A stretch of DNA of 32,000 bases from Synechocystis sp. PCC 6803 substr. PCC-P (GCF_000284455.1 NC_017039.1:1710001-1742000); one strand, 5' to 3'. Counted from the first letter of the stretch, positions 1 to 8,569 are shown. Notes: generated by a model from the sequence alone, not told the origin. Program-made: numbers and translations.

Positions 1-687
1 TTCCCTAATCTTATTTTTTCGATGAATGGGGGCGTTATTCATAATCAAGATTGATTTGATTGTTAATGCTGGTATTAAAAATAATTAAAGCCATCCTTCA
101 AAACCCGTTGCATTTAAGCTTCATGTGAATAACATCGTCGCTATTAAGTCTTTTTTTGTTTTTCTTCTTCTTGCTACAAGATTTTCTTTTTCCCCCCTTT
201 TCCCCTGCTTTTTTCCATATACTCTTCCTCCTTTGTTAGACCATCCATAAAGTGAGGATACAAATTCCCCAAAACCAGCTTCGTCTATGAATACTCGACT
301 TTCAATACCGTATATTAAAACCAATTGGCTCAAGATTTTCTGATATTCTGCTCGCTTTTGGACATCTCTCTCTTGATAAAGTAACTGTTTTTTTCTAGTA
401 ATCTTCATTTTTTTGAATTGATAACAGAGTGAAGCAGGAGTTATACCAAATTTTTTAGCTCTTTCTTTTAAAAGCATATCAGGATTATTTTTCACATCCT
501 CTTCCAATTCTTTTATGTTTATCTTATGCTGGCGGGTCTCAACTTTCGTTGCCGCAAGCTCTTCTCTGCCCAACCAGCGATAAATTGTTGCTCTGCCCAC
601 CCTAAATGTTCTCGAAGCCTTTGTGATTCCATCACCACTCTCGATGAAATCTATAACCTTAAGACGTAAATCAAGATCGTAAGCCAT
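1..687 (-). pseudogene. IS630-family transposase interrupted by two in-frame stop codons (TGA, then TAA)
   Basis: The track ORF 121-687 ends ...DLIATMLFT-TGA. The same frame continues as SLNATGFEGWL-TAA-LFLIPALTIKSILIMNNAPIHRKNKIRE to nt 1. This aligns with FTGSLNAEGFEGWLKLYLLPSLDIPSILIMDNAPIHRK of the second copy, so TGA sits where Gly is expected and TAA where Lys is expected. Confidence 0.75.
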
Positions 688-783
688 GACTGATTTCGTT
701 ATTTATAGATTTTTGAGTTATTCTTGCAACATGTTACCAAAAAAAATTAGCAAAACCTCTCATAACTAGCTAAATTAGCTATA
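1..783 (-). mobile_element. Partial IS630/Tc1-mariner-family insertion sequence, related to but distinct from the ISY100-type copy at 14.4 kb; its far end lies outside the window
   Basis: It encodes an IS630-type transposase roughly 55% identical by eye to the 14.4-15.4 kb copy (MAY.LDLR..., IYRWL, KKFG, KKMKI.RKK; IMNNAPIHRK is encoded at nt ~20-50). The right boundary is placed at ...tagctata (777-783), which resembles the ...gactata terminus of the other copy. That boundary is approximate. Confidence 0.7.
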
Positions 784-832
784 CATGTGTAAATTTGAAT
801 GCATATTTGTAACTCACGGAGCCAATGTCCAT

Positions 833-862
833 GGGAATTCAAGTTTTGGGAAATTCAAGTTT
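833..862. repeat. Tandem direct repeat GGGAATTCAAGTTT / GGGAAATTCAAGTTT (period ~15 nt)
   Basis: Read directly at 833-846 and 848-862. It lies in the intergenic region between the IS end and the moaD-like gene. Its function is unknown; it could be a protein-binding site. Confidence 0.5.
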
Positions 863-879
863 AATCTCTCAGGGTAAAT

Positions 880-965
880 TCCCCGCCCCTTGAGGCGTAA
901 GTCTTAGAGCGGTAGTGCGTTCCGAAGGAAAAATTCCGTAATGCCCCGTTCGCTTGCGGCGGGGA
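880..965 (+). other. GC-rich structured intergenic element with mutually exclusive helices; RNA class not assigned
   Basis: UCCCCGCC (880-887) and CCCCG (944-948) are both complementary to GGCGGGGA (958-965). A U-rich stretch (AUAUGAAUUUUAG) follows. The strand assignment is tentative. Confidence 0.3.
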
Positions 966-1161
966 TATGAATTTTAGCGCTCCGCTCCCGATTTTTTACT
1001 GAACTACTTGAAGGCGCGTTTGAGCTTATCAATCCAGTTTGCTAATGCGGATTAGTTCACAGTGACTGACTTGACGTTGAAGGGACTTTAGCGTTCTAAT
1101 CGATCTAGTGGTTTCACCGGCTTTGCCCCGGTTGAGCAATCCTCTTTTTTTTGCAAATATC

Positions 1162-1437
1162 ATGACGGTTAAAGTTCTTATTCCGACTCCGCTACAAAAG
1201 TTCACCAGTGGTCAAGCTACCATTGATTGTGAAGCCGCTAACGTAGGGCAGTTGATTGAAGCTCTAGAAGCTAATTGCCCCGGCATCAAGGCCCGGCTGT
1301 GCGACGAAGAAGGCAAACCCCGCCGCTTTCTCAATTTTTACGTCAACGAAGAAGACATCCGCTTTTTGGAAGGTACGGATACAGCCCTGAGTGCAGGGGA
1401 TGAGGTAAGTATTGTGCCCGCCGTAGCTGGGGGCTAA
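1162..1437 (+). CDS. MoaD/ThiS-family ubiquitin-like sulfur-carrier protein (91 aa, C-terminal Gly-Gly)
   Basis: [14 protein letters not shown]...[13 protein letters not shown]-stop. The size, beta-grasp-like pattern and terminal GG match the family. ATG at 1162 is preferred over the track's GTG at 1108. Confidence 0.8.
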
Positions 1438-1500
1438 CGACCGCCGATCGCCTGAAAATTCAGGAGAGGTGAAAACATAGTCCACCTCACAACTAACTGT

Positions 1501-1529
1501 CCCAGGGGATTCCTTCCTGGGCTTTTGTT
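1501..1529 (+). terminator. Putative intrinsic terminator after the moaD-like gene
   Basis: CCCAGG (1501-1506) pairs with CCTGGG (1516-1521), with possible G-U extension. It is followed by CTTTTGTT. Confidence 0.45.
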
Positions 1530-1591
1530 ATGGCAGGAAATGGGGGTTTATATTGCCCCCTTGTTTCCCTATTTTGTCCATGGGCGGAATT

Positions 1592-2284
1592 TTACACCGT
1601 TGCCAGTTGGGGTTCTGGACGTTTGCTGTTGCGTACTCCGGCGATCGCCTCAGCGTAATTGGGGGCATTGAACACCGCAGAACCGGCCACAATGGCGTTG
1701 GCTCCGGCCTCTAGAACCTGCCAAGTGTTATTGGGTTTAAGACCACCATCCACTTCGATCCAGGGATCCAGACCCCGCTCATCACACATCTGACGGAGAG
1801 CACGGATTTTAGGCAACACTTCGGGAATGAAGCTTTGACCACCAAAGCCGGGATTAACGCTCATGATCAAGATTAGATCGCAGACGGGCAACACATATTC
1901 AAGAAAATCCAGAGGAGTGGAAGGATTGAGCACCGCCCCGGCCTTTTTACCCAATTCCCGAATTTGACAAAGGGTACGATGGAGATGGGGAGAGGCGTTG
2001 TGCTCCACATGGACGGAAATGATGTCAGCACCGGCCTTGGCAAAATCTTCGACGTATTTTTCCGGTTCAACGATCATTAAATGAACGTCCAGGGTTTTTT
2101 TTGTCAAGGGACGGATGGCGTCCACAATCAGCGGGCCAATGGTGATATTGGGCACAAAGCGGCCGTCCATCACATCAACGTGGATCCAATCAGCCCCTGC
2201 TTCGTCCACGGCTTTAATTTCTTCACCTAAGCGGCTGAAGTCCGCTGACAAAATTGAGGGAGCAACGACGATATTTTTGGACAT
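1592..2284 (-). CDS. rpe: Ribulose-phosphate 3-epimerase
   Basis: [22 protein letters not shown]...[12 protein letters not shown]...[13 protein letters not shown]...VDGG is a textbook Rpe sequence. ATG at 2284 is preferred to the upstream track start at 2341. Confidence 0.95.
   Translation of the reverse strand: MSKNIVVAPSILSADFSRLGEEIKAVDEAGADWIHVDVMDGRFVPNITIGPLIVDAIRPLTKKTLDVHLMIVEPEKYVEDFAKAGADIISVHVEHNASPHLHRTLCQIRELGKKAGAVLNPSTPLDFLEYVLPVCDLILIMSVNPGFGGQSFIPEVLPKIRALRQMCDERGLDPWIEVDGGLKPNNTWQVLEAGANAIVAGSAVFNAPNYAEAIAGVRNSKRPEPQLATV
1641..1648. repeat. HIP1 octamer GCGATCGC; one example of roughly three dozen copies in the window
   Basis: Perfect palindromic octamer. Other copies read by eye lie near 2882, 3082, 3562, 4312, 6032, 6396, 7282, 8796, 9249, 10494, 12111, 12468, 14256, 17353, 20916, 21780, 21908, 22139, 23464, 23748, 24129, 26660, 27104, 28412, 28617, 29172, 29973, 30592, 30743 and 31169. 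Confidence 0.9.
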
Positions 2285-2436
2285 GGGAAGGGTCTCTAAG
2301 TATTTCAACTCATAAACAAGCTTGAAATTCAGTGTAAACAATTACGGTCAATTGTAGTAGGCCCCCAAACCCGGCCTTTAAAATAGGAAATAGCCTATTA
2401 GAACCAATGGGAACCTAAATTTAAGCCTACTTTTTA

Positions 2437-5298
2437 ATGTCTGACCCTGATGTGTCCGTCTCCCCAGTTAAGGCCGAGGCTTGGTATAGCTATGGCATCG
2501 ATAAAACCCTGCATCGGTTGACCACTGCTCCCCACCGGGGGTTGGCAGAAAAAACTGTGATGGAACGAAGACGCACCTATGGACTAAATGAAATTACCAC
2601 GATCGCCGGTCGTAATAATTGGCAAATTTTGCTGGATCAGTTCACCAATGTCATGCTCTTGATGTTGATCGGGGTGGCAATTATTTCTGGAGCATTAGAT
2701 CTGATCAGCTTAAGGTTGGGGGAAGAAACCATGGAGGGTTTTCCCTTCAAGGACACGATCGCCATTTTTGCCATTGTTATCCTGAACGGTTTATTAGGCT
2801 ATTTCCAGGAAAGTCGGGCGGAAAAAGCTTTAGCTGCTTTGAAGAAAATGGCGTCCCCCAAAGTCCAGGTACTGCGGGATGGCGATCGCCAGGAAATTAA
2901 GGCGGCCAGCTTGGTGCCGGGGGACATTATTTTGCTGGAGGCGGGCAGTCAACTCTGTGCCGATGGCCAACTGATCGAAGCGGCTAACCTTCTCATTCGA
3001 GAATCGGCCCTAACCGGGGAAGCCCAGCCAGTGGAAAAAAATGCCAGTAATACTGGTTTACCTTTAGATACTCCCCTTGGCGATCGCCAAAATATGGTCT
3101 TTTCTGGCACCGAAGTCGTCCAAGGCCGGGGCAAAGTGGTGATTACCAACACTGGCATGGCCACCGAATTGGGCAAAATCGCCGAGATGTTACAGAGGGT
3201 GGCCCCGGAACCCACCCCTTTGCAAAAAAGGATGGAAAACTTAGCCGGAGTGCTAGTGTCAGGCTCTCTCCTGCTGGTAACCCTGGTTATTATTCTGGGG
3301 GTGTGGCAGAGTGGCTGGGGCGAACTGCGGCAGTTGGTGGAAACGTCCCTCAGCATGGCGGTGGCGGTGGTGCCAGAAGGTTTACCGGCGGTGATTACGG
3401 TTACCCTGGCCCTGGGCACCCAGAGGATGATTAAACGCCATGCCCTAATTCGCAAATTACCAGCGGTGGAAACCCTCGGTTCCGTTAACGTCATTTGTTC
3501 CGATAAAACCGGCACCCTCACCCAAAATAAAATGGTGGTGCGGGAAGTGCTGACCCATGGCGATCGCCTCAGCATTGGCGGAGAAGGCTACCAACCCCAG
3601 GGCAACATCATCCACCTCTCGGATGGAGAACAGAGGGCGACCTCCGGACCATGGCCCCCGGCCTTGCAATTACTGTGTCTCAACGCCATCCTCTGTAACG
3701 ATTCTGAACTGAACTACAATCCAGGGGAAATGGAGTGGCAAGTGATTGGGGACCCCACCGAAGGAGCATTGCTAGTGCTGGCCAAGAAATTTGGCTTTGA
3801 CCAGGCACAGTTAAGACCTAGTTTTATGCGGCGGGGGGAATTTCCCTTTTCTTCGGAGCGCAAACGCATGGGGGTGATTGTGGAAGTGCCAGCCGAAGGA
3901 GAGTCCCCCTTAGCAAATTTATTGGGCATTTTAGAAAATTTGGCCTTAACGCCAGGGCCCTACCTAATTTTTTCCAAAGGATCGCCGGAGTTACTCCTCC
4001 CCCACTGCGGACAAATTCATACCGCTGACCATTGTGTACCCCTCAATTTCCAGCATCAAGAACAAATTTTGAGTGATAACAATCTCATGGCCAGTCGGGG
4101 ATTACGGGTGTTGGGTTTTGCCTGTAAATCCCTGGCCCAGATTCCCAGCACCCCTGACCTCATAGCTGCCGAAGATAATCTGGTGTGGTTGGGTATGGTT
4201 GGCATGTTGGATGCGCCCCGGCCAGAGGTACGGTTAGCAGTGGAAAAATCCCTCGCCGCTGGCATCCGCACCGTTATGATTACCGGTGATCATCCCCTAA
4301 CGGCCCTGGCGATCGCCAAGGATTTGGGCATCAATCAAGCTGGCGATCGTTTTTTGACTGGGCAAACCTTAGAACAACTACAACAAAGCGATCTGGAAGC
4401 CCAGGTGGAAGAAGTGAGCGTTTTTGCCAGGGTTTCCCCGGAACATAAACTACGCATTGTCAAAGCCTTCCAAGCTCGGAATCGTTTTGTGGCCATGACC
4501 GGAGATGGGGTCAATGATGCCCCAGCCCTCAAGCAAGCAGACATTGGCATTGCCATGGGTATCACTGGCACCGATGTGAGCAAAGAAGCCAGCGACATGG
4601 TTTTGTTGGACGACAACTTTGCCACCATTGTGGCCGCCGCCGAGGAAGGGCGGGTGGTGTATAACAACATTCGTAATTTCATCAAATATATTCTGGGTAG
4701 TAACGTGGGGGAAGTGATCACCATTGCGTCTGCTCCCCTTTTAGGGCTATCTGCCGTGCCCCTTACTCCCCTGCAAATTCTCTGGATGAATTTGGTCACC
4801 GATGGCTTGCCAGCCTTAGCTTTGGCCATGGAGCCGGGGGAACCAAATATTATGAAGCGTCGCCCCTTTAGTCCCCAGGAAAGTATTTTTTCTCGGGGAT
4901 TGGGGGCCTACATTATCCGCATCGGTCTGGTTTTTGCGGTGGTTACCATCACCCTTATGGTCTGGGCCTATCACAGTGCTGACCTAGCTGGTGCGCCCGA
5001 CAGTTGGAAAACCATGGTTTTTACCACCCTCTGTATTGCCCAGATGGGCCACGCCATTGCCGTACGCTCCAACCATCGTTTAACCATAGAAATGAACCCT
5101 TTGACCAATCCCTACCTGTGGGGGGCCGTAATTGTCACCACTATCCTGCAGTTATGCTTGGTGTATTTTGAACCCCTGAGAAATTTCTTTGGCACCGATT
5201 GGCTCAGTCCCCAGCAACTACTGGTTTGTTTTGGCTTTAGCAGTTTAATGTTCGTCTGGGTGGAGTTGGAAAAGTTATTGGCCCGGTTCATCAAATAA
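2437..5298 (+). CDS. pacL: P-type ATPase, type IIA (SERCA/PacL-like Ca2+-transporting ATPase), 953 aa
   Basis: Motifs present: LTGEA, ICSDKTGTLT, KGSPE, MITGDHP and TGDGVNDAPAL. Ca-site helices are SERCA-like: VPEGLPAVITVTLALG (M4), SNVGEV (M5) and NLVTDGLPALA (M6). Confidence 0.9.
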   Translation: MSDPDVSVSPVKAEAWYSYGIDKTLHRLTTAPHRGLAEKTVMERRRTYGLNEITTIAGRNNWQILLDQFTNVMLLMLIGVAIISGALDLISLRLGEETMEGFPFKDTIAIFAIVILNGLLGYFQESRAEKALAALKKMASPKVQVLRDGDRQEIKAASLVPGDIILLEAGSQLCADGQLIEAANLLIRESALTGEAQPVEKNASNTGLPLDTPLGDRQNMVFSGTEVVQGRGKVVITNTGMATELGKIAEMLQRVAPEPTPLQKRMENLAGVLVSGSLLLVTLVIILGVWQSGWGELRQLVETSLSMAVAVVPEGLPAVITVTLALGTQRMIKRHALIRKLPAVETLGSVNVICSDKTGTLTQNKMVVREVLTHGDRLSIGGEGYQPQGNIIHLSDGEQRATSGPWPPALQLLCLNAILCNDSELNYNPGEMEWQVIGDPTEGALLVLAKKFGFDQAQLRPSFMRRGEFPFSSERKRMGVIVEVPAEGESPLANLLGILENLALTPGPYLIFSKGSPELLLPHCGQIHTADHCVPLNFQHQEQILSDNNLMASRGLRVLGFACKSLAQIPSTPDLIAAEDNLVWLGMVGMLDAPRPEVRLAVEKSLAAGIRTVMITGDHPLTALAIAKDLGINQAGDRFLTGQTLEQLQQSDLEAQVEEVSVFARVSPEHKLRIVKAFQARNRFVAMTGDGVNDAPALKQADIGIAMGITGTDVSKEASDMVLLDDNFATIVAAAEEGRVVYNNIRNFIKYILGSNVGEVITIASAPLLGLSAVPLTPLQILWMNLVTDGLPALALAMEPGEPNIMKRRPFSPQESIFSRGLGAYIIRIGLVFAVVTITLMVWAYHSADLAGAPDSWKTMVFTTLCIAQMGHAIAVRSNHRLTIEMNPLTNPYLWGAVIVTTILQLCLVYFEPLRNFFGTDWLSPQQLLVCFGFSSLMFVWVELEKLLARFIK

Positions 5299-5348
5299 TT
5301 TTGGCCATTATCCAATTTTCCAGGCAAACAGTAGGGTAAAGGAGAGTT

Positions 5349-5376
5349 TTGCCGACGCTACCAGAAAAGTTAGAAT
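5349..5376 (+). promoter_or_regulatory. Putative sigma70-type promoter for ycf3
   Basis: TTGCCG (5349-5354), a 16-nt spacer, then TAGAAT (5371-5376), about 30 nt upstream of the ycf3 ATG. This is a motif match only. Confidence 0.3.
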
Positions 5377-5406
5377 AGTTGGCCAAAATAAGATTATTTC
5401 ACTACT

Positions 5407-5928
5407 ATGCCCCGCACCCAACGTAACGATAATTTCATTGATAAGTCCTTTACCGTTATGGCGGACATTATCCTAAAAATTCTGCCCACTAACCAAAAAG
5501 CGAAGGAAGCCTTTGTTTATTATCGGGATGGTATGTCGGCCCAGGCGGATGGGGAATACGCAGAGGCGCTGGATAACTATGAAGAGGCGTTACGGTTGGA
5601 GGAAAATCCCAATGACCGCAGTTATATTCTCTATAACATGGCCCTAATCCACGCTAGTAATGGAGACCATGAAAAGGCGTTGGGGCTTTACCAAGAAGCC
5701 ATTGAACTGAACCCCAAAATGCCCTCGGCGTTGAATAACATTGCGGTAATTTACCATTTCCAAGGGGAAAAGGCGAAGGAAGCAGGGCAGGAAGACGACG
5801 CAGAGAATTTATTTGATAAAGCGGCGGAATATTGGAAACAGGCCATACGCCTAGCCCCTAATAATTACATCGAGGCCCAAAACTGGCTCAAAATCACCGG
5901 GCGCTCTGAAATGGATGTGTTTTTCTAA
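5407..5928 (+). CDS. ycf3: Photosystem I assembly protein Ycf3 (TPR)
   Basis: [27 protein letters not shown]...[24 protein letters not shown], 173 aa. This is the characteristic Ycf3 sequence with three TPR units. Confidence 0.95.
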   Translation: MPRTQRNDNFIDKSFTVMADIILKILPTNQKAKEAFVYYRDGMSAQADGEYAEALDNYEEALRLEENPNDRSYILYNMALIHASNGDHEKALGLYQEAIELNPKMPSALNNIAVIYHFQGEKAKEAGQEDDAENLFDKAAEYWKQAIRLAPNNYIEAQNWLKITGRSEMDVFF

Positions 5929-5959
5929 CTCTCTTTTTCCCCGCGCTGCTTAATCCGAA

Positions 5960-7321
5960 CTACCCTTCGCCGCCTACATCATCTAAACGCCTAAGCATAC
6001 TGTCTGGGGGGGCATCATTTTTTATTTTGGCGATCGCCGTACTGGTGCCGGCATTGCCCCAACTAGCTCCCTGGGCTAGATAAATTTTTGCCCCTTCCCC
6101 AACAATATAGGTGCTGTAGGCGGCCACTCCCCCCTGGAGTAAGGCTCCCCCGGCATAGGCCGCTAGATTACCTGGGTTTTCAACAAGGCTGGCGGTTTTT
6201 TGTAAGCCTAAAAATAAAGCTGATACCCATTGACTCAATAAAATACCACCCGCACCGATCAGTACTTTTTTCCAGATGCGCCCTGCTTCGTAGCTCGTGA
6301 TGGGCAGGCCATAGATTCGGGCTAGATTCCGAATTAACAATAGGTCGGTGATCACACTGGCGGCTAAATCCAATAAACCAATGGGATTCACGGCGATCGC
6401 CAGGGCTTTATAGCGCATATATTTACTAATGAGTTGGTCAGCTTCAGCAGTGCGGATTTCAATGGTTTTAGTGGCAATATTCTTTTCGGCTTGTTCCACC
6501 TGGCGCAGAGCATTAAGGGCCAGCAGTTGACTGCCATCCTGGTTCAGAATAGTGAAAATTTTCTGGCGTAGTTGATCCAGTTTGGGGGCTGGTTTTTCCC
6601 ATCGCTCTTCTAGGGCCGGGCTAGGCCGAGAACCCTTAGGGGAGTTGCCATATTCCACCCGCACCATTATGGGGGGAGGTTCAGCGGCCACTAACACAAT
6701 GTCCTCGGCGGAAAAAATGGGGCTATCTTCCCCGTCAGGAGTGAGGGACTGTAGCTGAGCAAAAATTTGTTGTTGATCCTGCTCCGGATATAGATCGATT
6801 TTATTAAAAACTAGCAATAGAGGTTTTTGGGCCTGGCGCAATGTCTGGAGGGCAGTAAATTCCGTTTGGGTAATGTCCCCCGCAATAACAAATAAAATCA
6901 GATCTGCCTGGTGAGCTACGGTTTGGGCCATGGCGGCTCGGGCACCCCCGGCAATTTCATCTAGCCCTGGCGTGTCAATCAAATCAATTTGAATTTTGTC
7001 GTTACTGCACCACCGTACCGATTGAGGCCACTGGGTTACGCCATGGAGCGGTCCTGTTTCCAGGCGTTTTTCCCCCAACAAGGCATTAATCACGGTGGAT
7101 TTACCCCGACTGACTAAGCCAAAGGCCGCAATTTTAAATACCCGTTGCTCCAGTTTGGCTAAGGCTTGGTGCATGGCTTGAATGTCCTGGCGCACCGCCC
7201 CCTGCAATTCCAGATTGGGGGGATAGTTCCAATGGCGACGCTGGCTCGCATACCAATTTAACGATTGTTGGATGCTGGCGATCGCCGTAGAGAGGGCCGG
7301 ATCAGGGGCAGGGGAATTCAT
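5960..7321 (-). CDS. GTPase with a C-terminal DUF697-like membrane domain (453 aa)
   Basis: G1 is GLVSRGKST, G3 is DTPGLD and G4 is NKID. The C-terminal ~130 aa is hydrophobic and Gly/Ala-rich (...VLIGAGGILLSQWVSALFLG...), as in YcjF/DUF697 proteins. Confidence 0.8.
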   Translation of the reverse strand: MNSPAPDPALSTAIASIQQSLNWYASQRRHWNYPPNLELQGAVRQDIQAMHQALAKLEQRVFKIAAFGLVSRGKSTVINALLGEKRLETGPLHGVTQWPQSVRWCSNDKIQIDLIDTPGLDEIAGGARAAMAQTVAHQADLILFVIAGDITQTEFTALQTLRQAQKPLLLVFNKIDLYPEQDQQQIFAQLQSLTPDGEDSPIFSAEDIVLVAAEPPPIMVRVEYGNSPKGSRPSPALEERWEKPAPKLDQLRQKIFTILNQDGSQLLALNALRQVEQAEKNIATKTIEIRTAEADQLISKYMRYKALAIAVNPIGLLDLAASVITDLLLIRNLARIYGLPITSYEAGRIWKKVLIGAGGILLSQWVSALFLGLQKTASLVENPGNLAAYAGGALLQGGVAAYSTYIVGEGAKIYLAQGASWGNAGTSTAIAKIKNDAPPDSMLRRLDDVGGEG

Positions 7322-7337
7322 TCAGCTAGGCAACAGA

Positions 7338-7817
7338 TTAATCGGGGAAAAACTCAGCATTGAGAATTTCCGCCAGGGAAAAGGGACAATCCAGGGGGAA
7401 AACTGATAGCGATAAAAACGTTTCCCTCACCGCATCCCTGCGGGCTATCTGATAACAACCGGGAAAATTATCAACCAAAAATGGTTTCAGACTAGGGCTA
7501 TCCCCGGTGATGAGGCCTAACTGACGACGTTGTTCGTTAATGGTCGCTGTCCAACTGTTAGAGCGTTTTTCCGGTTGATACCGCCATTCGAGCAAATGAA
7601 TCATCAAAACAATTAGTCTATTTTTAACTTCCCGTTTATCGCTGCGACCCATGGACTCTATTTCTTCAATTAAATTGTCTAAATCTAAGGATTGTAAATC
7701 GCCTTGTTTGAGTTGACGCACAGTTTCCTCAATCCAAAGATTGAAATCGGTGTCGTACAAAGTTGGGATTATCGCTTTGACCATTGTTGCGGGTTGGGTC
7801 GAAGAGGGGGTATTCAT
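7338..7817 (-). CDS. DUF29-family protein (159 aa), paralogue A
   Basis: TLYDTDFNLWIEETVRQLKQGDLQSLDLDNLIEEIESMGRSDKREVKNRL...LLEWRYQP... matches the DUF29 pattern (LYE.D...W...L..LD.ENLIEEIESLGRSE.RE). Confidence 0.85.
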   Translation of the reverse strand: MNTPSSTQPATMVKAIIPTLYDTDFNLWIEETVRQLKQGDLQSLDLDNLIEEIESMGRSDKREVKNRLIVLMIHLLEWRYQPEKRSNSWTATINEQRRQLGLITGDSPSLKPFLVDNFPGCYQIARRDAVRETFLSLSVFPLDCPFSLAEILNAEFFPD

Positions 7818-7847
7818 GGAGCCAGGGAAATTTGCCAGAAAAATTAA

Positions 7848-8291
7848 TTAATCGGGAAAGAATTCTGCATCAAGCATTTCCGCCAGGGAAAAGGGACAAT
7901 CCACCGGAAAGTTTGAGAGGGGTAAATTGGTTTCGTTGGCTGCGCCCTTTCTCCCTTTAAGATAACAATCGGCAAATATGGTTTGCACATAGGGATTCAA
8001 GCTGGGGCTATCGGCCAGAATTAAATTAAGCTGATCCCTTTGCTCATCGATGGTGTTTTTCCAGCTACCAGTGCGCTTCTGGGGTTGATATTTCCATTTG
8101 AGCAGGTGCAGGAAAAGTACCTTCAAGCGACTATAAACTTCCCGTTTATCACTGCGGCCCATGGACTCTATTTCTTCAATTAAATTCTCTAAGTCTAAGG
8201 ATTGCAAATCACCTTGTTTGAGTTGACGCACAGTTTGCTCAATCCAAAGATTGAAATCGGTGTCGTACAAAGTTGTAGTTTTTTGCCCCAT
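7848..8291 (-). CDS. DUF29-family protein (147 aa), paralogue B
   Basis: It has the same family signature as paralogue A. The two are in tandem on the same strand, 30 nt apart. Confidence 0.85.
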   Translation of the reverse strand: MGQKTTTLYDTDFNLWIEQTVRQLKQGDLQSLDLENLIEEIESMGRSDKREVYSRLKVLFLHLLKWKYQPQKRTGSWKNTIDEQRDQLNLILADSPSLNPYVQTIFADCYLKGRKGAANETNLPLSNFPVDCPFSLAEMLDAEFFPD

Positions 8292-8383
8292 GCCACTTTC
8301 CCCCTTTCCTTAATTCTAGAAGTTGACTGGCCATCGCAACTAGGGAGTGACGATGGCGATACCTTCTTAATCTACGGACAAAA

Positions 8384-8569
8384 TTAGGTGCTAGCCCCGG
8401 AAGCTACCACAGCCACCGCAATCAGCCCCGCCACCAGCACAACGGTAATGGCCGCCATAATCAAATAATTTCGTTTGTCGGCTTTACTGGGAGCATCGGC
8501 CGCATAGATCTTGGGTTCAACGGCAAAATTATTCAGCCGTCCATCATCGTCTTTAGTATAGTTGTTCAT
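8384..8569 (-). CDS. psb34: Small single-pass membrane protein (61 aa) with an HliA/B-like N-terminal motif; Psb34-like
   Basis: MNNYTKDDDGRLNNFAVEPKIYAADAPS... is followed by one TM helix (YLIMAAITVVLVAGLIAVAVVA). RLNNFA.EP..Y is the N-terminal motif of HliA/HliB, which Psb34 is reported to share. ATG at 8569 is preferred to the track start at 8668. Confidence 0.5.
   Translation of the reverse strand: MNNYTKDDDGRLNNFAVEPKIYAADAPSKADKRNYLIMAAITVVLVAGLIAVAVVASGAST

Noticed and set aside
860-1000. Assigning the structured element upstream of the MoaD-like gene to a known riboswitch class (Moco, TPP, glutamine).
   Set aside because: I could not find the conserved cores I remember, such as the CUGAGA and ACCUGA boxes of TPP. 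Naming a class would be guesswork without a covariance-model search.
1108-1161. N-terminal extensions suggested by the ORF track: GTG at 1108, and also 2341 for rpe, 8668 for the small membrane protein, 16311 for the helical protein, 20309 for the kinase and 29802 for Uma2.
   Set aside because: In each case a downstream ATG gives a protein that begins where homologues begin. Several of the extensions overlap the preceding gene or use rarer start codons.
2949-3575. A 208-aa ORF antisense to the P-type ATPase gene. Similar antisense or alternative-frame ORFs lie at 2619-2900, 3457-3669, 3714-3929, 4056-4271, 4335-4829 and 5112-5327.
   Set aside because: They are fully embedded in a strongly supported 953-aa gene. 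Their composition is Arg/Ser/Pro-rich and low in complexity, which is typical of shadow frames in GC-moderate DNA. No motifs are present.
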